64,000 bases of DNA. It comes from Squalus acanthias. Lineage: Eukaryota. The notes under the pieces were generated by a model. That model saw only the letters and a list, made by a program, of their open reading frames with translations. It did not search any database and was not told where the DNA came from. Of the stretch, positions 51,760-64,000 are shown in pieces (position 1 is the stretch's first letter; each line of letters begins with the position of its first letter). A program made the translations under genes and the position numbers. The stretch covers positions 186,001 through 250,000 of the forward strand of contig JASTWF010000523.1 of assembly GCA_030390025.1 (NCBI GenBank), in the 5' to 3' direction.

Positions 51760-52523
51760 ATTGGCCCAGAAATTCGGGTCCCCACGGGTGTGAACGCGCT
51801 GTGTACTCACCCGTAGGGCCACCGGAAGTGCCGGTTTCGCGCATGCACGGGAAACTGTAACTTACGGTCTCGTGAAGGAAGGGGATCGTGGACAACTGCG
51901 TGCGCGGGAGAGGCAGCGCGTACGCATCAAACTTCGGCTTTTTTTTTGACACGTTTCTCCGTGCGGGTAAGTCCCTAGCAGCTGCGTGGGGAAAAAGCAG
52001 GCGCAAGGCTTGCTTTTAACAAGATAAGTGGTGAATTAAGTCAAATTCAAACATTTTTTCCCACAGGTTTATTATTTTTAAATACTTCAAAAGAAAGGTA
52101 AGTTTATTTTTAGCCCCATTAAAAACTGTAATTAATTTTTTCAAAAATTTAAATTATTGTTTAAAATAGTTATTTTATGTAATTTATAGTTATGTTAAAA
52201 ATGTGATGTTTTAAAAAAAAATTATTTGAAGTTTTAGTGAGGTTTTGGGGCCGATCGCTATTCATAGATTTGACAGGTCTTCCTGTCAAATCTATGAATG
52301 GAGATTCCCTGCTCCGATTGGCTCCCCATGGCCCACGTGATCCCAGGGGACGCTTCGAACTAACTGCGCCGCTGGGATCCACGAGCACTGTGCGCCGGAA
52401 GCTGGAGGCGGCCCAGGATCCGAATCCCATGCGGGTCCACAGCACAACGGCAGGCACGCTAGGTAAGTGCACCCGCTATGCTTGCACCCGCGGGAAGCCT
52501 CCGACCCGAATTTCTGGCCCAAT
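51760..52523. mobile_element. Non-autonomous DNA transposon (MITE, Harbinger-like TIRs)
   Basis: 21-bp TIR ATTGGCCCAGAAATTCGGGTC / GACCCGAATTTCTGGCCCAAT (1 mismatch); GC-rich arms around an AT-rich core. Confidence 0.8.
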
Positions 52524-53164
52524 ATATCCGCTAAGTGGCTCTCTTTAGAGATCATGATCATCACACGTGAGGACACTACCCACCAGGTACATGGTACATA
52601 CTCATGTGACTCGGCCAACGTTGTCTACCTGATACGTTGCAGTAAAGGATGCCCCAGAGCATGGTACATCGCCGAGTCCATGCAGACACTGAGACAACGT
52701 ATGAACGGACACCGCGCAACAATCGCCAGGCAGGAGGGTTGCCTCCCAGTCGGGGAACACTTCAGCAGTCAGGGGCATTCAGCCTCGGATCTGCGGGTAA
52801 GCGTTCTCCAAGGCGGCCTTCGGGATACACGACAGCGCAAAATCATAGAGCAGAAACTGATAGCCAAGTTCCACACTCATGAGGATGGCCTCAATCGCGA
52901 TATCGGGTTCATGTCACGATACAGAACGTGACTTGACATCATGGCCGGTCTTTCCAGGTTTTCTTAAAAAAAAACTAACACAAGAACCAACACAAATGGA
53001 GAGGATATGCAGCCAGCAGGTGTTTTGACATGTTGGACCCCCTGGGACACATCTCATTGTCTTGGCTGTGCTCTTCGTGTGTCTTTGATGTAGGGAAAGA
53101 TTTGAATACATTTTTTCTGTGTTTATATTGCGAATTCTGGGAGATTCTCTCACAGCTACCCTAC

Positions 53165-53197
53165 CTGAAGAAGGAGCGACAGCTCCGAAAGCTTGTA
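53165..53197 (+). ncRNA. Minimal hammerhead ribozyme motif in 5' pLTR
   Basis: CTGAAGA-A-GGAGC(GACA)GCTCC-GAAAGCTTGTA: core, helix II and palindromic AAGCTT helix III. Confidence 0.75.
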
Positions 53198-53285
53198 AAA
53201 TTAAATAAATCTGTTGGACTATAACCTGGTGTTGTGCGACTTCTCATTTTTGTCCACCCCAGTCCAACGCCGGCATCTCCACATC

Positions 53286-55951
53286 ATGACCTCTATTGAC
53301 ACCGCAAACTGCCGGCTCAAAGTGGAGAGAATCGCCAAGAAGATCGCGCATATTGACACAGACATCAAGTACCTGCAGAGATGCAAGAAAGCAGACAAGA
53401 TTCCGAAAGGACTACAGATCACGAACCCACTCAAGTCGACATACAACACAGACTACGCTGAGAGACTCTGCCGTCGTACCTCTCGCACACTCCTCAACCA
53501 TCTCGTACACCAGCTCTACAGCAGACGCCGCAACCTCGAAACCAAGATAGAGTCCATGCTCTCAGCCTGTGCTCAGGACACAGCAGACCAGCTACGAGAC
53601 ACCGCCAAACAGACGAGGCAACGGAACTACGCATCAAGAACAGGAAGCTTGAGAAACTCGGCGTAACCACCAGCTGCAACCAAGCCTCCCCCGGTACCAC
53701 GGTTGCAACCACAGGGAAGTCCATCGTCAACCTGTCGGACCACACCCTTCAACCAGACGAAATCGAAGTTCTCGCCCTAGGGCTCAAGTTCTGCCCCACC
53801 ACCAAAATGGACCCCATCGGTCTCGCGGCGGACACAGAGGAATTCATCAGGAGAATGAGGATCCGGGAATACTACCACAAATCCCAAGATGTCAGCAACA
53901 TTCCTAATGAGACAATCAATGATCCGGAACAGCAGACAGAGGGAACCGCAGTGCTACAACCGAGGAAGAAAGAGTCAAATTGGACCCCTCCGGAGGGTCG
54001 CAACCCTAAGCTTGACATGTATGCTCAAGCTGTCAGGAAATGCATCAACGCCAGATTCATCAGCCGCACTCACAAGACAGTCCAGAATGTCACCCGAGCA
54101 CAACGCAACGCCATCCACGCTCTCAAGACCAACCGCAACATCGTCATCAAACCAGCGGACAAAGGAGGAGCCATCGTCATACAGAACAGAATGGACTATT
54201 GCAAAGAAGCATACCGACAACTGGACAACCAGGAACACTACAGACAGCTACCCGCAGATCCGACCAAAGAACACACCCGCCAACTCAATAGACTGATCAA
54301 GACCTTCGATCCAGACCTTCAAAACATCCTACGCGCTCTCGTCCCACGTACTCCCCACGTAGGAGACTTTTACTGCCTCCCAAAGATACACAAAGCCAAC
54401 ACACCCGGACGTCCTATCGTATCAGGCAACGGAACCCTGTGTGAGAACCTCTCTGGGTACGTCGAGGGCATCCTGAAACCCATCGTACAGGGAACCCCCA
54501 GCTTCTGTCGCGACACTACAGACTTCTTGCAGAAACTCAGCACCCATGGACCAGTTGAACCAGGAACACTCCTCTTCATGATGGACGTATCGGCACTCTA
54601 CACCAATATCCCCCGCAATGACGGCATCGCTGCGACAGCCTCAGTACTCAACACCAACAACAGCCAATCTCCAGACGCCATCCTACAACTCATCCGCTTC
54701 ATCCTTGACCACAATGTCTTCACCTTCGACAACCATTTTTTTACCCAAACACACGGAACAGCCATGGGGACCAAATTTGCACCCCAATACACCAACATCT
54801 TCATGCACAAGTTCGAGCAAGACTTCTTCGCTGCACAGGACCTCCAACCAACGCTGTACACCAGATACATCGACGACATCTTCTTCCTTTGGACCCACGG
54901 CAAAGGATCACTGAAAGGACTACACGATAGCATCAACAGGTTCCATCCCACCATCAAACTCACCATGGACTACTCCTCAGAATCGGTTTCATTCTTGGAC
55001 ACACGAATCTCCATCAAAGACGGACGCCTCAGCACTTCACTCTACCGCAAGCCCACGGACAACCTCACGATGCTCCACTTCTCCAGCTTCCACCCTAACC
55101 ACGTTAAAGAAGCCATCCCCTATGGACAAGCCCTGCGAATACACAGGATCTGCTCAGACGAGAAGGAACGCGATGGACACCTACGGACACTGAAAGACGC
55201 CCTCGTAAGAACGGGATATGACGCTCGACTCGTCGATCGACAGTTCCGACGGGCCACAGCGAAAAACCGCATAGACCTCCTCAGAAGACGAACACGGGAC
55301 ACAACCAACAGAGTACCCTACGTCGTCCAGTACTTCCCCGGAGCGGAAAAACTACGCCATGTTCTTCGCAGCCTTCAACATGTCATCGATGACGACGAAC
55401 ACCTTGCTAAGGCCATCCCCACGCCTCCACTACTCGCCTTCAAGCAGCCGCCTAACCTCAAAAGTACCATCGTTCGCAGCAGATTACCCATCTTTCAGGA
55501 GAACAGCAACCACGACACCACACAACCCTGCCACGGCAACCTCTGCAAGACATGCCAGATCATGGACACAGATACCATCATCACACGTGAGGACACTACC
55601 CACCAGGTACACGGTACATACTCATGTGACTCGGCCAACGTTGTCTACCTGATACGTTGCAGTAAAGGATGCCCCAGAGCATGGTACATTGGCGAGACCA
55701 TGCAGACACTGAGACAACGTATAAACGGACACCGCGCAACAATCGCCAGGCAGGAGGGTTGCCTCCCAGTCGGGGAACACTTCAGCAGTCAGGGGCATTC
55801 AGCCTCGGATCTGCGGGTAAGCGTTCTCCAAGGCGGCCTTCGGGATACACGACAGCGCAAAATCATAGAGCAGAAACTGATAGCCAAGTTCCGCACTCAT
55901 GAGGATGGCTTCAATCGCGATATCGGGTTCATGTCACGATACAGAACGTGA
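53286..55951 (+). CDS. Penelope polyprotein: RT + GIY-YIG endonuclease (one frameshift; 714-aa open part 53807-55951)
   Basis: KPADKGG, FYCLPKIHK..PGRPIVS, GTAMG, RYIDD RT motifs; C-terminal VVYLIRC...WYIGET...R..GH GIY-YIG motif. Confidence 0.92.
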
Positions 55952-56183
55952 CTTGACATCATGGCCGGTCTTTCCAGGTTTTTTAAAAAAAAACTAACAC
56001 AAGAACCAACACAAATGGAGAGGATATGCAGCCAGTAGGTGTTTTGACACGTTGGACCCCCTGGGACACATCTCATTGTCTTGGCTGTGCTCTCCGTGTG
56101 TCTTTGATGTAGGGAAAGATTTGAATACATTTTTTCTGTGTTTATATTGTGAATTCTGGGAGATTCTCTCACAGCTACCCTAC

Positions 56184-56216
56184 CTGAAGAAGGAGCGACA
56201 GCTCCGAAAGCTTGTA
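56184..56216 (+). ncRNA. Minimal hammerhead ribozyme motif in 3' pLTR
   Basis: Same sequence as 53165-53197. Confidence 0.75.
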
Positions 56217-56865
56217 AAATTAAATAAATCTGTTGGACTATAACCTGGTGTTGTGCGACTTCTCATTTTTCTCTTTAGAGAAACTGTGCAGCAGTGCCAT
56301 CTATCGACACAGACAAGTTTTACAGGAACAGAAATTCCTGGGATTCCTTCTGCTGATACAGCAACAGCTGAGTTCCTGTCACTGTAAAACCTTTAAACAA
56401 ACAGAACAGCTTTCAGCGCGAGAACTCCGCGGCATCGGCTATGGAGCACTGGCTTTGAATTGCTTTTCTGAACTGGGGGAGGTTGGAGGCAGAGAATGAA
56501 TCTGTGAAGTAAGCATCATGACTGCCAAGGCAGCGGTCATGTTTGGAGATGGCCCATCACACCTCGAGAAATATGTCTATCAGTATGTAGCGGACAGCAT
56601 TTGGAGCGTGTGATTTTACACCACTGTCAGATGAAGGAACTCTGCCGAAAACTTTAACCTGTCTTTTCTCTTTGCAGATGGTGACAAATGGACTGTGAAA
56701 TTCCAGCATTTTCTGTTTTGAAATTCAGCAATGCTGGAAACATTATCTCATTGAAAGCATCATAAGCACTCACGTGGAGCTTCTCTTAATTATGGTCACT
56801 CAGATTTATTACAATCATTAACTTCCTTTTTACAGACGATGCGTTTTTGGAGGACATGGCCTCGC

Positions 56866-57445
56866 CCATCTCCACCTCTATAACCACCTTCTGCCCTACA
56901 ACCCTCTGAGATCTGGGTGCCGTGGCCTCCTGGCCAGCCTCTAATCTTCCACCCTCATCAACTAGAACTCATTCAAAACTCTGATGCCCGTGTCCTAACG
57001 TATGAGGAGAGATTGGGTCGATTAGGCTTACATTCGCGAGAGTTTAGAAGAATGAGAGGGGATCTCATTGAAACTTATAACATTCTAACAGGACTAGACA
57101 GACTAGATGCAGGAAGGATGTTCCCGATAGCGGGGGAGTCCAGAACCAGGGGTCACAGTCTGAGGATAAGGGGTAAGCCATTTAGGACTGAGATGAGGAG
57201 GAATTTCTTCACCCAGAGAGTGGTGAACCTGTGGAATTCTCTACCACAGAAGGCAGTTGCAGCCAATTCATTAAATATATTCAAGAAGGAGTTAGATATA
57301 TTTCTTAAGGCTAAAGGGACCAAGGGATATGGGGAGAAGGTAGGGACAGGGTACTGAATTTGGATGATCAGCCATGATTGCATTGAATGGCGGAGCAGGC
57401 TCGAGGGGCCGAATGGCCTACCTCTGCTCCCATCTTCTATGTTTC
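56866..57445 (+). mobile_element. L2 fragment (56866-57000) followed by a CR1 3' fragment (57000-57445)
   Basis: LELIQNS.ARVLT (L2) fused to YEERL...RMRGDLIETY (CR1). Confidence 0.8.
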
Positions 57446-60400
57446 TATCTCTGTAACATCCTCCAGCCCGACAACCCTCCCTCTCTGTAACCTCCTCCAG
57501 CCCGAAAACCCTCCCTCTCTGTAACCTCCTCCAGCCCCATAACCCTCCCTACCTCTGTAACCTCCTCCAGCCCCTACAAAACTCCCTATCGCTGAAATCT
57601 CCTCCAGCACTACAACCCTCCCTATCTCTGAAACCTCCTCCAGCCCCCACAACCCTCCCTATCTCTGTAACCTCCTCCAGCCCCGAAAACACTCCCCATC
57701 TCTGTAACCTCCTCCAGCCCCGCCAACCCTCCCTATCTCTGTAACCTCCTCCAGCCCCCTACAACCCTCCCTATCGCTCTAAGCTCCTCCAGCCCCCTAC
57801 AACCCTCCCTATCTCTGTAAACTCCTCCAGCCCCACAACCCTGCCTATCTCTGTAACCTCCTCCAGCCCTACAACCCTCCCTATCTCTGTAACCTCCTCC
57901 AGCCCTACAACCCTCCCTGTCTCTGTAACCTCCTCCAGCCCCCACAACCCTCCCTTTCGCTGTAACCTTCTCCAGCCCCCAACAACTCTCCCTACATCTG
58001 TAACCTCCGCCAGCCCCCTACACCCCTCCCTAACTCTGTAACCTCCTCCAGCCCCCTACAACCCTCCCTATCTCTGTAACCTCCTCCAGCCCCTACAACC
58101 CTCCCTATCTCTGTAACCTCCTCCAGCCTCTACAAACCTCCCAATCTCTGTAACTTCCTCCAGCCACTACAAACCTCCCTATCTCTGTAACCTCCTCCAG
58201 CCACTAGAACCCTCCCTATCTCTGTAACCTCCTCCAGCACCCTACAACCCTCCCTATCTCTGTAACCTCCTCCAGCCCCTACAACCCTCCCTATCTCTGT
58301 AACCTCCTCCAGCCTCTACAAACCTCCCAATCTCTGTAACTTCCTCCAGCCCCCTACAAACCTCCCTATCTCTGTAACCTCCTCCAGCGCCTGCAACCCT
58401 CCCTAGCTCTGTAACCTCCTCCAGCCCCCGACAAGCCTCCCTATCTCTGTAACCTCCTCCAGCCCCCTACAACCCTCCCTATCTCTGTAACCTCCTCCAG
58501 CACCCTACAACCCTCCCTATCTCTGCAACCTCCTCCAGCCCCGACAACCCTCGCTATCTCTGCAACCTCCTCCAGCCCCGCCAACCCTCCCTAGCTCTGT
58601 AACCTCCTCCAGCCCTCTACAACCCTATCTCTGTAACCTCCTCCAGCCCCCGACAACCCTCCCTATCGCTTTAACCTCCTCCAGGCCCCTACTACCCTCC
58701 CTATCTCTGTAACCTCCTCCAGCCCTACAACCCTCCGGATCTCTGTAACCTCCTCCAGCCTATACAACCCTCCCTATCTCTGTAACCTCCTCCAGCCCTC
58801 TACAACCCTCCCTATCGCTTTACCCTCCTCCAGCCCCCTACAACCCTCTCTATCTCTGTAACCTCCTCCAGCCCCACAACCCTCCCTATCTCTGTAACCT
58901 CCCCCTGCCCGACAACCCTCCCTATCTCTGTAACCTCCTCCAGCCTCTACAACCCTCCCTATCTCTGTAACCTCCTCCAGCCCCCTACAAGCCTCCCTAT
59001 CTCTGTAACCTCCTCCAGCCACAACAACCCTCCCTATCTCTGTAACCTCCTCCAGCACCACAACCTTCCCTATCTCTGTAACCTCCTCCAGCCCCTAAAA
59101 CACTCCCCATCTCTGTAACCTCCTCCAGCCCCGCCAACCCTCCCTATCTCTGTAACCTCCTCCAGCCCCTACAACCCTCCCTATCTCTGTAACCTCCTCC
59201 AGCCCCCTACAACCCTCCCTATCGCTCTAACCTCCTCCAGCCCCCTACAACCCTCCCTATCTCTGTAACCTCCTCCAGCCCCACAACCCTCCCTATCTCT
59301 GTAACCTCCTCCAGCCCTACAACCCTCCCTATCTCTGTAACCTCCTCCAGCTCTACAACCCTCCCTGTCTCTGTAACCTCCTCCAGCCCTACAACCCTCC
59401 CTATCTCTGTAACCTCCTCCAGCCACTACAACCCTCCCTATCTCTGTAACCTCCTCCAGCCCCCTACAAGCCTCCCTATCTCTGTAACCTCGTCCAGCCT
59501 CCTACAAACCTCCCTATCTCTGTAACCTCCTCCAGCCCCCTACAACCCTCCCTATCTCTGTAACCTCGTCCAGCCTCCTACAAACCTCCCTATCTCTGTA
59601 ACCTCCTCCAGCCCCCTACAACCCTCCCCATCTCTGCAACCTCCTCCAGCCCCGACAACCCTCGTTATCTCTGTAACCTCCTCCAGCCCCGCCAACCCTC
59701 CCTAGCTCTCTAACCTCCTCCAGCCCATACAACCCTCCCTATCTCTGTAACCTCCTCCAGCCACCGACAACCCTCCCTATCGCTTTAACCTCCTCCAGCC
59801 CCCGACAAACCTCCCTATCTCTGTAACCTCCTCCAGCCCCACAACCCTCCCTATCTCTGTAACCTCCTCCAGCCCTACAACCCTCCCTATCTCTGAAACC
59901 CCTCCAGCCCCCTACAACCCTCCCTAATTCTGTAACCTCCTCCAGCCCCCGACAACCGTCCCTATCTCTGAAACCTCCTCCAGCACCTACAACCCTCCCT
60001 ATCTCTGTAACCTCCTCCAGCCCCCTACAACCCTCCCTATCTCTGTAACCTCCTCCAGCCACTACAAACCTCCCTATCTCTGTAACCTCCTCCATCCCCC
60101 TACAACCCTCCCTATCGCTCTAACCTCCTCCAGCCCCCTACAACCCTCCCTATCTCTGTAACCTCCTCCAGCCCCACAACCCTCCCTATCTCTGTAACCT
60201 CCTCCAGCCCTACAACCCTCCCTATCTCTGTAACCTCCTCCAGCTCTACAACCCTCCCTGTCTCTGTAACCTCCTCCAGCCCTACAACCCTCCCTATCTC
60301 TGTAACCTCCTCCAGCCACTACAACCCTCCCTATCTCTGTAACCTCCTCCAGCCCCCTACAAGCCTCCCTATCTCTGTAACCTCGTCCAGCCTCCTACAA

Positions 60401-62065
60401 ACCTCCCTATCTCTGTAACCTCCTCCAGCCCCCTACAACCCTCCCTATCTCTGTAACCTCGTCCAGCCTCCTACAAACCTCCCTATCTCTGTAACCTCCT
60501 CCAGCCCCCTACAACCCTCCCCATCTCTGCAACCTCCTCCAGCCCCGACAACCCTCGTTATCTCTGTAACCTCCTCCAGCCCCGCCAACCCTCCCTAGCT
60601 CTCTAACCTCCTCCAGCCCATACAACCCTCCCTATCTCTGTAACCTCCTCCAGCCACCGACAACCCTCCCTATCGCTTTAACCTCCTCCAGCCCTCGACA
60701 AACCTCCCTATCTCTGTAACCTCCTCCAGCCCCACAACCCTCCCTATCTCTGTAACCTCCTCCAGCCCTACAACCCTCCCTATCTCTGAAACCCCTCCAG
60801 CCCCCTACAACCCTCCCTAATTCTGTAACCTCCTCCAGCCCCCGACAACCGTCCCTATCTCTGAAACCTCCTCCAGCACCTACAACCCTCCCTATCTCTG
60901 TAACCTCCTCCAGCCCCCTACAACCCTCCCTATCTCTGTAACCTCCTCCAGCCACTACAAACCTCCCTATCTCTGTAACCTCCTCCATCCACAACAACCC
61001 TCATAATCTCTGTAACCTCCTCCAGCACCTACAACCCTCCCTATCTCTGTAACCTCCTCCAGCTCTACAACCCTCCCTGTCTCTGTAACCTCCTCCAGCC
61101 CTACAACCCTCCCTATCTCTGTAACCTCCTCCAGCCACTACAACCCTCCCTATCTCTGTAACCTCCTCCAGCCCCCTACAAGCCTCCCTATCTCTGTAAC
61201 CTCGTCCAGCCTCCTACAAACCTCCCTATCTCTGTAACCTCCTCCAGCCCCCTACAACCCTCCCTATCTCTGTAACCTCGTCCAGCCTCCTACAAACCTC
61301 CCTATCTCTGTAACCTCCTCCAGCCCCCTACAACCCTCCCTATCTCTGTAACCTCCTCCAGCCCCACAACCCTCCCTATCTCTGCAACCTCCTCCAGCCC
61401 CGACAACCCTCGTTATCTCTGTAACCTCCTCCAGCCCCCTACAACCCTCCCCATCTCTGCAACCTCCTCCAGCCCCGACAACCCTCGTTATCTCTGTAAC
61501 CTCCTCCAGCCCTACAACCCTCCCTATCTCTGTAACCTCCTCTAGCGCCTACAACCCTCCCTATCTTTGTTACCTCCTCCAGCCCTACAACCCTCCCTAT
61601 CTCTGTAACCTCCTCCAGCCTCTACAACCCTCCCTGTCTCTGTAACCTCCTCCAGGACTACAACCCTCCCTATCTCTGTAACTTCCTCCAGCCCTACAAC
61701 CCTCCCTATCTCTGTAACCTCCTCCAGCCCTACAACCCTCCCTATCTCTGTAACCTCCTCCAGCCTCTACAACCCTCCCTGTCTCTGTAACCTCCTCCAG
61801 GACTACAACCCTCCCTATCTCTGTAACTTCCTCCAGCCCTACAACCCTCCCTATCTCTGTAACCTCCTCCAGCCTCTACAACCCTCCCTATCTCTGTAAC
61901 CTCCTCCAGCCCCTACCACCCTCCCTTTCTCTGTAATCTCCTCCAGCCCTACAACCCTCCCTATCTCTGTAACTCCTCCAGCCCTACAACCCTCCCTATC
62001 TCTGTAACCTCCTCCAGCCTCTACAACCCTCCCTATCTCTGTTACCTCCTCCAGCCCCTACCACT
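57445..62065. repeat. 4.6-kb L2-derived 36-38-bp satellite with an 893-bp higher-order duplication
   Basis: Unit TCTCTGTAACCTCCTCCAGCCCTACAACCCTCCCTA; identical ORFs recur at 893-bp offset (59181/60074 and 59739/60632). Confidence 0.93.
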
Positions 62066-62348
62066 CTCCCAGGCTCTGTCACCCGGGGTCGGGGAGGGTG
62101 CGGCGGGGCCTGGAGCTGCTCCAGTCGGCCTCCTGGGTGTGAGGAAGGAGCCCAGCCCGGCCGATGCCTCTCCTCCCCGGGGCCGCACTCATTCTCCCCC
62201 ACTCCACTCGCTCAATGCATTGGCAGCAAATGGCACCAACCTGTCTGCGCCCAAACTTTGCTCCAACAAAATGGCCCGACTCAAACTCGCTCAAAAGCGC
62301 TTTCACTTTGCTGCCTTTGGATGGGCGCGGCGTCAATTGGAGCAAAGG

Positions 62349-63408
62349 GAGGAGCCGGAGCTCAGCCCCCGCACCTGTCCTTTCCCCCGGGAGGAGTCCG
62401 GAGCTCAGCCCCCGCACCTGTCCTTTCCCCCGGGAGGAGTCCGGAGCTCAGCCCCCGCACCTGTCCTTTCCCCCGGGAGGAGTCCGGAGCTCGGCCCCCG
62501 CACCTGTCCTTTCCCCCGGGAGGTGTCCGGAGCTCAGCCCCCGCACCTGTCCTTTCCCCCGGGAGGAGTCCGGAGCTCGGCCCCCGCACCTGTCCTTTCC
62601 CCCGGGAGGTGTCCGGAGCTCAGCCCCCGCACCTGTCCTTTCCCCCGGGAGGAGTCCGGAGCTCGGCCCCCGCACCTGTCCTTTCCCCCGGGAGGAGTCC
62701 GGAGCTCAGCCTCCGCACCTGTCCTTTCCCCCGGGAGGAGTCCGGAGCTCAGCCTCCGGACCTGTCCTTTCCCCCGGGAGGAGTCCGGAGCTCAGCCCCC
62801 GCACCTGTCCTTTCCCCCGGGAGGAGTCCGGAGCTCAGCCCCCGCACCTGTCCTTTCCCCCGGGAGGAGTCCGGAGCTCGGCCCCTGTCCTTTCCCCCGG
62901 GAGGAGTCCGGAGCTCGGCCCCCGCACCTGTCCTTTTCCCCCGGGAGGAGTCCGGAGCTCAGCCTCCGGACCTGTCCTTTCCCCCGGGAGGAGTCCGGAG
63001 CTCAGCCCCCGCACCTGTCCTTTCCCCCGGGAGGAGTCCGGAGCTCAGCCTCCGCACCTGTCCTTTCCCCCGGGAGGTGTCCGGAGCTCAGCCCCCGCAC
63101 CTGTCCTTTCCCCCGGGAGGAGTCCGGAGCTCGGCCCCCGCACCTGTCCTTTCCCCCGGGAGGAGTCCGGAGCTCAGCCCCCGCACCTGTCCTTTCCCCC
63201 GGGAGGAGTCCGGAGCTCAGCCCCCGCACCTGTCCTTTCCCCCGGGAGGAGTCCGGAGCTCAGCCCCCGCACCTGTCCTTTCCCCCGGGAGGAGTCCGGA
63301 GCTCGACCCCTGTCCTTTCCCCCGGGAGGTGTCCGGAGCTCGGCCCCCGCACCTGTCCTTTCCCCCGGGAGGTGTCCGGAGCTCGGCCCCCGCACCTGTC
63401 CTTTCCCC
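62349..63408. repeat. 43-bp GC-rich minisatellite, about 24 copies
   Basis: Unit GGAGGAGTCCGGAGCTCAGCCCCCGCACCTGTCCTTTCCCCCG. Confidence 0.95.
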
Positions 63409-63914
63409 ACATTTGATGCTGCGGGACATTTGGGGGCCACTCCGTCTGCTGAAGTGAGCCCGGCCCCAGGAACCTTTCCACATCAAGTTGTCCTGAGTCC
63501 GGTGGGACGGGGCTTCCGGCTCATTGGAAGCGCCAGGTCCGGATCTTCACTCACTTCAGCATTTTCACCTGGCAGCCTGTTGCCCCGCCCAAGGAGTGAG
63601 TTCATGTCTGAGAAATCGTGGACCAGAACCAGGGCTGGTGGGCCGTGGGGGTCCCCGTGGTGGGCCCTGGTGGTTCGTGTGTTTCCTTGTGGTGGGCCAT
63701 GGGCAGCCCTGTGGGCTGTCGTCTGGATACATGAGAATTACATTTACATATATATTCAAGAAGGAGTTAGATAGACTAAACAGTGATGTGTGGAGAGGAA
63801 AGGCAGCTCTGAAAGTGGGATAAACATTATTCCACCAGTGAAGATAAAGTGTGGATTATAAAGGATTTGTTTGTAAGTACAAGAAAGGGGAAAGGGATAA
63901 CCCAGGAAACTATT

Positions 63915-64000
63915 GTGGAATCATAGAATAGTACAGCACAGAAGGAGGCCACTCGGCCCATCGTGTCTGCGCCGGCTCTTTCGACGAGCAATCCAGTTAA
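63915..64000 (-). mobile_element. CR1 3' end
   Basis: Same 3' UTR as 13085-13180. Confidence 0.7.

Larger units (their letters stand above)
52552..56269 (+). mobile_element. Near full-length Penelope-like retroelement with 5' partial tandem copy (pseudo-LTR arrangement)
   Basis: 52557-53250 duplicates 55577-56270. ORF from ATG 53286 with one frameshift near 53633, continuing to 55951. 12-bp TSD TCTCTTTAGAGA at 52540-52551 and 56270-56281. Confidence 0.95.

Noticed and set aside
62139-63774. 400-536-aa repetitive ORFs
   Set aside because: By-product of the 43-bp tandem repeat.

Overview
Repeat-rich vertebrate genomic DNA, most likely from a cartilaginous fish (shark); the inference rests on CR1/L2/RTE/Penelope LINE families and a Deu-domain tRNA SINE. 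It holds a small immune-gene cluster. (1) A complete butyrophilin-like gene on the minus strand (leader-IgV-IgC-TM-short cytoplasmic exons-B30.2; CDS 44555->21517, about 476 aa, or about 507 aa with two extra candidate exons), reconstructed by hand from phase-compatible GT-AG exons. (2) The last B30.2/PRY-SPRY exon of a second, plus-strand gene (1695-2215). (3) A decayed plus-strand IgSF gene not visible in the ORF track: a Cys-less CD2/SLAM/CEACAM-type V exon with two frameshifts (18343-18694), lying downstream of a 2.2-kb CCAAT/GC-box minisatellite and an RFX X-box-like site. Mobile DNA includes a near-intact Penelope-like element (RT + GIY-YIG, pseudo-LTRs with minimal hammerhead ribozyme motifs, 12-bp TSD), a perfect 266-bp-arm palindrome made of Penelope pLTRs with a hammerhead motif on each strand inside the last BTN intron, an RTE nested in a CR1, many CR1/L2 fragments, Harbinger remnants and MITEs, and seven tandem arrays. 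Most long ORFs in the track are retroelement or tandem-repeat ORFs.
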